From: an uncultured Gammaproteobacteria bacterium
GTDB taxonomy: Bacteria; Patescibacteriota; Patescibacteriia; UBA1558; S5-K13
Length of the DNA: 33,408 nucleotides
Assembly: GCA_964424195.1 (NCBI GenBank)
Contig: CAYRHT010000006.1
Coordinates: 1 to 33,408 of the forward strand
Reading direction: 5' to 3'
In this document: positions 27,947 to 33,408 of the stretch, one piece after another
How the letters are laid out: each line of letters begins with the position of its first letter
How positions within the stretch are numbered: the first letter of the stretch is position 1
Made by a program: the position numbers and the translations under genes
The notes under the pieces: generated by a model
Databases searched by the model: none
Told to the model about the DNA's origin: nothing
The model's input: only the letters and a program-made list of their open reading frames with translations

Positions 27947-27972
27947 CAAATTGTTCCACGTGGAACAATTTG
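27947..27972. promoter_or_regulatory. parS: parS site 4
   Basis: 16-mer at 27952-27967 in a 26-bp palindrome. Confidence 0.9.
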
Positions 27973-28139
27973 AACATACTTTCCTTTATTTAAGACGTTT
28001 TTAAGAGATTTTTAACATAAAATTATAAGTATATTAGTGTTTTAAAGCTATCCGATACTATGAATAATCACTTATAAAAATATTATTCTTATTAAGAATA
28101 ATATTAATGTATTTTAACCTTTAATTGAAAATTATCGAC

Positions 28140-28181
28140 TTATCAACAACATGGGTATAAACCTGTGGACAAAGTGGATAA
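28140..28181. promoter_or_regulatory. DnaA-box cluster
   Basis: TTATCAACA (28140, +), TTATACCCA (28152, -), TTGTCCACA (28164, -), TTATCCACT (28173, -). Each has one mismatch to TTATNCACA. Confidence 0.55.
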
Positions 28182-28215
28182 AAAGTGTCATTTTTTAAGA
28201 AATCAAGCTATTTTT

Positions 28216-29031
28216 ATGCAAAAACCAGTATTTTCGATCATAATTCCTACATATAATCGTTGTCATCTCTTATGGCGAGCGATTAATTCAGTTTTAAGTC
28301 AAACTTACCCCTTTTTTGAATTATTAATTATAGATGACTACTCTGATGACAAAACTAAAGAATTAATTGATACATATACTGATCCTCGTTTAAAATATTT
28401 TAAATTAAAAGAGAATAAAGGAGCCGCTCATGCTCGTAATTATGCTCTGAATAAGGCTAAAGGAGAATATATCGCCTATTTAGATAGTGATAATGAGTGG
28501 CATAAGGACTTTTTAGAATCATATCTAAAAGCTTTTAAAGATTATCCGGAAAAAGTAATAGTTTTTGCTAAAAAGAATTATCGTTTGAAAATTATTGAAA
28601 AAAATGGTAAAGAAAAGGTGCTCAGAGATGAAACTACTAATCATGGAAAATATTTTGATTTAAAGAGACTATGGCAGAGAAAAATTTTAATTGATACTAA
28701 TACTCTGGTTCATAAAAAAGAAATTATTAAGAAAGTTGGTAAATGGGATGAAAAAATGGATTTTTGGGAAGACTGGGAATTTACTTTACGAATGTCTCAG
28801 AAGTACCCGGAAGGATTTCTCTATTTAAACCGAACTTTAATTGACTATGAACAAAGAATAGATTTTACTAATCCTAAGAAAGTAATTGCTAACTGGAATA
28901 GGAATGAAAAGTATATTTTTAAAAAGCATCAAAAATATCCTTTAATTAAATTCCAAGACTGGTATCCACCACAGAAACATAAATCAACAGTTTCAATTGT
29001 TAAATTTTTAATAGATAAGAAAAAGGGATAA
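28216..29031 (+). CDS. Glycosyltransferase family 2 (start reassigned to 28216)
   Basis: FSIIIPTYNR, IDDYSDD, ARNYAL, YLDSDN (DxD), WEDWEF. Confidence 0.93.
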   Translation: MQKPVFSIIIPTYNRCHLLWRAINSVLSQTYPFFELLIIDDYSDDKTKELIDTYTDPRLKYFKLKENKGAAHARNYALNKAKGEYIAYLDSDNEWHKDFLESYLKAFKDYPEKVIVFAKKNYRLKIIEKNGKEKVLRDETTNHGKYFDLKRLWQRKILIDTNTLVHKKEIIKKVGKWDEKMDFWEDWEFTLRMSQKYPEGFLYLNRTLIDYEQRIDFTNPKKVIANWNRNEKYIFKKHQKYPLIKFQDWYPPQKHKSTVSIVKFLIDKKKG

Positions 29032-29121
29032 TGGGTATATATTCATTAATAGCTAACTAGTTATTTGTATTAAAGCTCTATAATTAGTATTATTAATGTA
29101 GAAAATAAAAAAAATAGTTTT

Positions 29122-30159
29122 ATGGAAATAAATAAACTTTTAAAAACTTCGGTTGAAAAGAAAGCTTCAGATTTACATTTAGTAGTTGGTCATCGACCAG
29201 TGGTTCGAATTGATACAGCTATTAAACATCTAGAGGAGTTTCCAATTCTAACCGCTTCAGAATCTAAAAGAATGATTGAGAGTATTTTGACTACTCAACA
29301 AAAAACTAAATTTCATGAAGAGAAGGAGTTAGATTTTTCTTATGAAATTAATAATGTTGGTCGATTTAGAATTAATCTCTTTTGGGAAAAAGATAATATT
29401 GCTTTAGTAGCTCGAGTAATTAGTAAAGATATTCCAACTTTAGAACAACTAGGTTTAAATACTACAGTAGAAAATTTAATTAAAGAGAAACAAGGATTAA
29501 TTTTAGTTACTGGTCCTACAGGCTGTGGTAAATCAACTAGTTTAGCATCTATGATTAATCATATTAATCAAACTCGAGAAGATTCTATCATTACTCTAGA
29601 AGATCCAATTGAATATTTGTTTCCTAAAGAAAAAGGAGTGATTGTTCAGAGACAATTGGGTTCAGATATGGTTACTTTTGCTGCTGGATTAAAACATGTT
29701 CTTCGTCAGGACCCAGATGTGATTATGGTTGGGGAAATGAGAGACTTAGAAACCATAGCGATGACTTTAACTCTAGCAGAAACTGGTCATTTAGTTTTAG
29801 CTACTCTCCATACTCCTAATGCTGCCCAAGTAATTGATCGAATTGTTGATGTTTTTCCACCCTACCAACAAGAACAAGTTCGATTACAATTTTCTATGGT
29901 TTTAAATGCAGTAATTGCTCAACAACTTTTACCTAGAAAAGATGGTGGCTTAGTGGCGGCTAGGGAAATATTAATTAATACTCCAGCAGTTTCTAATATT
30001 ATCAGAGAGAACAAAACACCACAGATTAAGACTGTAATGCAGACTAGTGCAGAACACGGTATGGTTACTATGAGTCAATCAGTTAAAACAATATATGAGC
30101 AAGGATTAATAGACGAAAAGGTTGCTCAATCTTTTTTAGTTAATGAAGTCTATGAATAA
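29122..30159 (+). CDS. pilT: Type IV pilus retraction ATPase PilT/PilU
   Basis: ASDLHL, GPTGCGKST, ITLEDPIEY, LRQDPDVIMVGEMRD, ETGHLVLATLHT, AVSNIIRE. Confidence 0.95.
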   Translation: MEINKLLKTSVEKKASDLHLVVGHRPVVRIDTAIKHLEEFPILTASESKRMIESILTTQQKTKFHEEKELDFSYEINNVGRFRINLFWEKDNIALVARVISKDIPTLEQLGLNTTVENLIKEKQGLILVTGPTGCGKSTSLASMINHINQTREDSIITLEDPIEYLFPKEKGVIVQRQLGSDMVTFAAGLKHVLRQDPDVIMVGEMRDLETIAMTLTLAETGHLVLATLHTPNAAQVIDRIVDVFPPYQQEQVRLQFSMVLNAVIAQQLLPRKDGGLVAAREILINTPAVSNIIRENKTPQIKTVMQTSAEHGMVTMSQSVKTIYEQGLIDEKVAQSFLVNEVYE

Positions 30160-30910
30160 ACTTAATATAATAATTTTAGCAGCTGGTCAGGGGACTAGAA
30201 TGAATGGTAATCAGCCTAAGGTTTTAACTCCATTAAATGGAGAGACTTTAATTGAGAATTTATTGAAGACTATTAAAAAAACTGAATATGATAATTCAGT
30301 TTCTGTTGTTGTTGGTTATCAGGGAGAGAAAGTAATTGAAAGATTAGGTGATCAATATAATTATATCTGGCAGAAAGAACAATTAGGAACTGGTCATGCT
30401 GTTCAACAATGTGAGAGTAGTTTAAAAGGTAAACATGATAGTCATTTAACTCTCTATGGAGATATGCCATTTATTTCTTTAGATACTATCCAAGATATTA
30501 TTAAAATGCATCAAGATCAGGACTCTGTTTTGACTATGGTTACTTTAAAACTACCGAATTTTGAAGGTACTCATCATATATATAATCACTTTGGTCGGAT
30601 TTTTAGAGATGAGAATAATGAGATTTCTAAGATTATTGAATTTAAAGATGCTAGTGAAGAAGAAAAGAAAATTACTGAACTTAATCCAGCAATCTATTGT
30701 ATTCAAGATGAGTGGCTTTGGGAAAACTTAGCTAAAATAAAAAGTGATAATAATCAAAAGGAATATTATCTAACAGACTTGGTTAATCTAGCTCATCAAC
30801 AGAAAATTAAGATTAATTCTTTTGTAGTTGAAGATAGTTTTGAATTAATGGGAGTAAATACTAAAGAAGATTTAGAATTAGCCCAAAAGATATATCAAGA
30901 GAAAGAATAG
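30143..30910 (+). CDS. GlmU-like N-acetylglucosamine-1-phosphate uridyltransferase, N-terminal domain only
   Basis: LAAGQGTRM..PK, EQLGTGHAV, LYGDMP, IIEFKDA, QKEYYLTD, GVNT. Stops at about 255 aa with no hexapeptide-repeat domain and is followed by a terminator. Confidence 0.88.
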   Translation: MKSMNKLNIIILAAGQGTRMNGNQPKVLTPLNGETLIENLLKTIKKTEYDNSVSVVVGYQGEKVIERLGDQYNYIWQKEQLGTGHAVQQCESSLKGKHDSHLTLYGDMPFISLDTIQDIIKMHQDQDSVLTMVTLKLPNFEGTHHIYNHFGRIFRDENNEISKIIEFKDASEEEKKITELNPAIYCIQDEWLWENLAKIKSDNNQKEYYLTDLVNLAHQQKIKINSFVVEDSFELMGVNTKEDLELAQKIYQEKE

Positions 30911-30928
30911 ATAAATAATTTAAATATT

Positions 30929-30960
30929 AAAAAACCCCTTTCATTCGAAGGGATTTTTTT
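30929..30960. terminator. Bidirectional terminator
   Basis: A6-CCCCTTT-CATTC-GAAGGGA-T7 between convergent genes. Confidence 0.7.
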
Positions 30961-30988
30961 GTTTCTGTATTTTATCTTTAAGATATTT

Positions 30989-31681
30989 TTATTGCTGACA
31001 ACCACAAGAAGACTGATATGTTCCTTTATTACCACTGAGACAATCTTTAACATTATCTAAATTTTCATTATTAACCTGAATTGGATAAAATTTAAATAAT
31101 CCAATTGTTAAGAATATGAATAAGATGAGAATTATAATTTGAATTTTAGATACTTTTTGAATTTCTTTCTTCTCAAATACTTCACAGGTCCCTCCAGGAC
31201 ATAATTGAGCCTTTTCTTTATGAAATAGATTGTAAATCTGACAACCTAAACAAATTCCAAAAGAAGATTCAAAAAACAAGAATATTAGACAGATTAAACA
31301 AATAGCGAAGTTTAAGGGTCCTTTAATATTCTGGACTATCATTAAGAAGAACATAATTAGTGATAATACTAATCCCATTCTCCAAGCAAACTTTTTTTGA
31401 GGAGCACCAGTATATTCTACTTTTTGTTTAGAGACAATCAAGCGACCAATGATCATGGTTGGAGCAAACTTAGGATTAACAAAAAGACGAATAAGGAAGT
31501 CAATTAAAAAGACGATAATAAATATTTTTATTAATTGAAAGTCCCAAACTAACCAAATGTGCATAAAAGATATTAGAGCAAAGACGAATAAGATACCAGC
31601 AGCAGCTCTTACTTCTCTTTCATTTAAAACTCGAACATCATATTCTTTTACTTTTTCACCAAAGTGAAATATATTTTTCAT
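30989..31681 (-). CDS. DUF4395-family membrane protein
   Basis: NEREVRAAAG, GAPQKKFAW, FESSFGICLGC, LCPGGTC. Confidence 0.8.
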   Translation of the reverse strand: MKNIFHFGEKVKEYDVRVLNEREVRAAAGILFVFALISFMHIWLVWDFQLIKIFIIVFLIDFLIRLFVNPKFAPTMIIGRLIVSKQKVEYTGAPQKKFAWRMGLVLSLIMFFLMIVQNIKGPLNFAICLICLIFLFFESSFGICLGCQIYNLFHKEKAQLCPGGTCEVFEKKEIQKVSKIQIIILILFIFLTIGLFKFYPIQVNNENLDNVKDCLSGNKGTYQSSCGCQQ

Positions 31682-31750
31682 ATATTTATAATTTAATTAT
31701 TAAATACTTTTTAAAGTATAGCATTATTATGAGAAGATAAAAAATAAATT

Positions 31751-31777
31751 AAAAACAGACCTTTATGGTCTATTTTT
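31751..31777 (-). terminator. Terminator at the distal end of the cassette array
   Basis: AAAAACAGACC-TTTAT-GGTCTATTTTT, fully paired with a G-U on the minus strand. Confidence 0.7.
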
Positions 31778-31810
31778 TGTTTATCTGTCTTTTGGATTTT
31801 CACTATTTCA

Positions 31811-31884
31811 CCTCAACGTGTTCCAGATGATCCGAAGTCCTGCAAGTGAAACGAAGGAGGATTTTGGATATCTAGCGTTGTATG
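31811..31884. mobile_element. attC-like site A (array end)
   Basis: CCTCAAC...CCAGATGATCC GAAGT...GGATATCTAG C GTTGTAT, an imperfect hairpin with a bulged base. Confidence 0.55.
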
Positions 31885-31891
31885 ATGTTGA

Positions 31892-32449
31892 TTAAAAAAA
31901 TTTCTTATTTATTTTTGATAAATAATCTTCATAAAATTCGGAACCTAATTCTGCTAATAAAATTGGATTATTTGGTTCATTTACTTGCTTACCCAAATGT
32001 GTACATGGAGGATAGAAAAGTTTGCCTGAATTAGTAAAGGAGGTAGCTACTATTTTCTCTGGGTAAAATTGAACTCCAGAGGTGACTTCGTAAGTCACCT
32101 TACTATCATGAACAATAAAGCTTTTTTCCTTTGGTAGAGACGTTATTAATATGTGTTGTGGACTTTTTTCTATAAACTCTTCTATTGTGTGTTCGTCTGC
32201 GTCTCTAGCGTTTTTTAAATATTGTAAAAGAGGGTCTTCTTTTCTTTCATTTTTAAAGTTACTTTGCCATGGTTCAAATTTATTACGAAACGATTGACAT
32301 TCTCTTTCGGCTTTTTTCCAAACCTTTTCGAGGTAATTAAGAAAATTTTTCCAATTTTTTTCAAAATCTTTAATATTTTCAGCTTTTTTCATAGATTCTA
32401 AGGAATCTTTTGCTAATTTAAGTTCTTTTTTTGAATGTTTAAGAGACAT
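31892..32449 (-). CDS. Cassette-borne hypothetical protein, HEPN-like
   Basis: Helical N-terminal half with LKNARDADEH (Rx4H, R82/H87). Bounded by attC-like sites. Confidence 0.6.
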   Translation of the reverse strand: MSLKHSKKELKLAKDSLESMKKAENIKDFEKNWKNFLNYLEKVWKKAERECQSFRNKFEPWQSNFKNERKEDPLLQYLKNARDADEHTIEEFIEKSPQHILITSLPKEKSFIVHDSKVTYEVTSGVQFYPEKIVATSFTNSGKLFYPPCTHLGKQVNEPNNPILLAELGSEFYEDYLSKINKKFF

Positions 32450-32467
32450 ATTTTTTTAATTAATTTC

Positions 32468-32568
32468 ATATAACGTTTACCGATATCCGAAGTTTTCTTG
32501 AGCAGAGCGAAAGAAAACTTGGGTGGAGGTTCTCGGAAGAGCCGTAACCGGATATCGCGTTGTTAGCT
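32468..32568. mobile_element. attC-like site B
   Basis: ATATAAC...CGATATCCG / CGGATATCG...GTTAGCT, with an internal 10-bp hairpin AAGTTTTCTT/AAGAAAACTT. A GC-rich island in AT-rich DNA. Confidence 0.7.
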
Positions 32569-32634
32569 GATGTGTATGTTTTTCTTTGACCCGCCCAGAG
32601 CGGGTCACTCTTAAAAAGAATTAAGTTTTATTTT

Positions 32635-33153
32635 TTACGTTTCCTGTTGCTTTTTTAATTTGTTGCTTAATTCTCTAAGGTTTTTTAACAAATCATAGAC
32701 TTTAAATTTTTTTTGTTTTTCAAATTGATCTATTAAGTCTCTGTACGATAAATAGTTTTCCCAAACATCAATTTCATTATCACTGGGAAAATCAACTTCA
32801 GCCGTAAGTTTCATTTGATTTCTTTGTTTAAATTTACTACTTTGCTTAAAATCACTAGCACACTTAGTCAAATCAGCTCGAAGAGCCATTAATTGACCAA
32901 TTTCAACCATTGATGTATTTTCTCCACGCTTTAGATGTGCTCCATATTGCTCCATTAAATATTTCTCATTAGGCAATACATCTAATATTTCTTCCATTTT
33001 TAAAATTATTTCTTCTGGATTTACTTCTTTTTCATTTTCAGGTGTCTCTGTTTTTGTTATTTCCGGATCAGTCCCAGGTTTTAAAGTTTCATTTTGATTT
33101 TTTGTATTTGCCATCTCTTCTGGAGTTGGCATTTTTGGTTCTTCAATACCCAT
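32635..33153 (-). CDS. Cassette-borne hypothetical protein
   Basis: 172 aa, with an acidic Pro/Thr-rich N-terminus then a helical domain. Lies between attC-like sites B and C. Confidence 0.7.
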   Translation of the reverse strand: MGIEEPKMPTPEEMANTKNQNETLKPGTDPEITKTETPENEKEVNPEEIILKMEEILDVLPNEKYLMEQYGAHLKRGENTSMVEIGQLMALRADLTKCASDFKQSSKFKQRNQMKLTAEVDFPSDNEIDVWENYLSYRDLIDQFEKQKKFKVYDLLKNLRELSNKLKKQQET

Positions 33154-33253
33154 ATTTTTTTGTTATTTATTAAAATAATAATTATTAATAGTAAAAATAA
33201 AATTTAATTCTTTTTAAAAGTAGGCGTTAGCCGTAAAGTAAAACATATATTTC

Positions 33254-33352
33254 AGCTAACATCGCGATTAAGCGAAGTAAAATTTCTAGGCAACCCAAGA
33301 AATTTTATTTGGACGGAGCCTGCAAGGCGGAGTCTCTTAATCGCTGTTATAC
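33254..33352. mobile_element. attC-like site C
   Basis: AGCTAAC...GCGATTAAG / CTTAATCGC T GTTATAC, with internal hairpin AAGTAAAATTTCT/AGAAATTTTATTT. TCAGCTAAC (33252-33260) is the exact reverse complement of GTTAGCTGA (32562-32570). Confidence 0.7.
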
Positions 33353-33408
33353 GTTTTTTCTGCAAGAAAAAAAGCCGAAGGCTCAGTTCAAAAAATATTT
33401 TTCGTTCT

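Noticed and set aside
27088-27972. 24-28-bp repeats as a CRISPR array
   Set aside because: Spacing is irregular (40, 652 and 166 bp), genes lie between copies, there are no cas genes, and the core is the parS consensus.
30273-30470. ORF on the - strand
   Set aside because: Antisense shadow of the glmU-like gene.
1-33408. Genome-wide stop-codon reassignment (TAG or TGA)
   Set aside because: yidC, maf and the glmU-like gene end plausibly at TAG, TGA ends the MTase and pilT with overlapping next starts, and Trp is encoded by TGG. Only one interrupting TAG was found.

Overview
A very AT-rich bacterial chromosome segment spanning the replication origin. Gene content and style suggest Patescibacteria/CPR (inference): uridyltransferase-only GlmU, PilT, bactofilin, membrane PPase, and core genes without Shine-Dalgarno sites. 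Left to right it holds the 3' end of a CDP-archaeol-synthase-like gene, a Type II R-M pair, rpoC-rpoB, a cluster of small hydrolases, dnaN-oriC-dnaA, four inserted genes (one a GNA1-like acetyltransferase), rpmH-rnpA-yidD-yidC, a DAGK-like gene, bactofilin, a Na+-type PPase, nusA, tRNA-Ala, trxB, four parS palindromes around maf, tRNA-Arg, a GT2, pilT, a truncated glmU, a DUF4395-like gene, and the end of an attC-like cassette array that runs off the right edge. The best leads are: (1) a promoter-driven tandem pair of ~125-nt conserved RNA hairpins upstream of nusA that I cannot assign to a known family; (2) the integron-like array, whose cassettes have long terminal inverted repeats and include an Rx4H (HEPN-like) protein; (3) a possible hybrid GNA1 + GlmU-N route to UDP-GlcNAc; (4) an in-frame amber codon in a HAD gene; (5) non-canonical DnaA boxes at oriC plus a second box cluster beside parS. 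All folds, alignments and family calls were made by eye; no database search was run.
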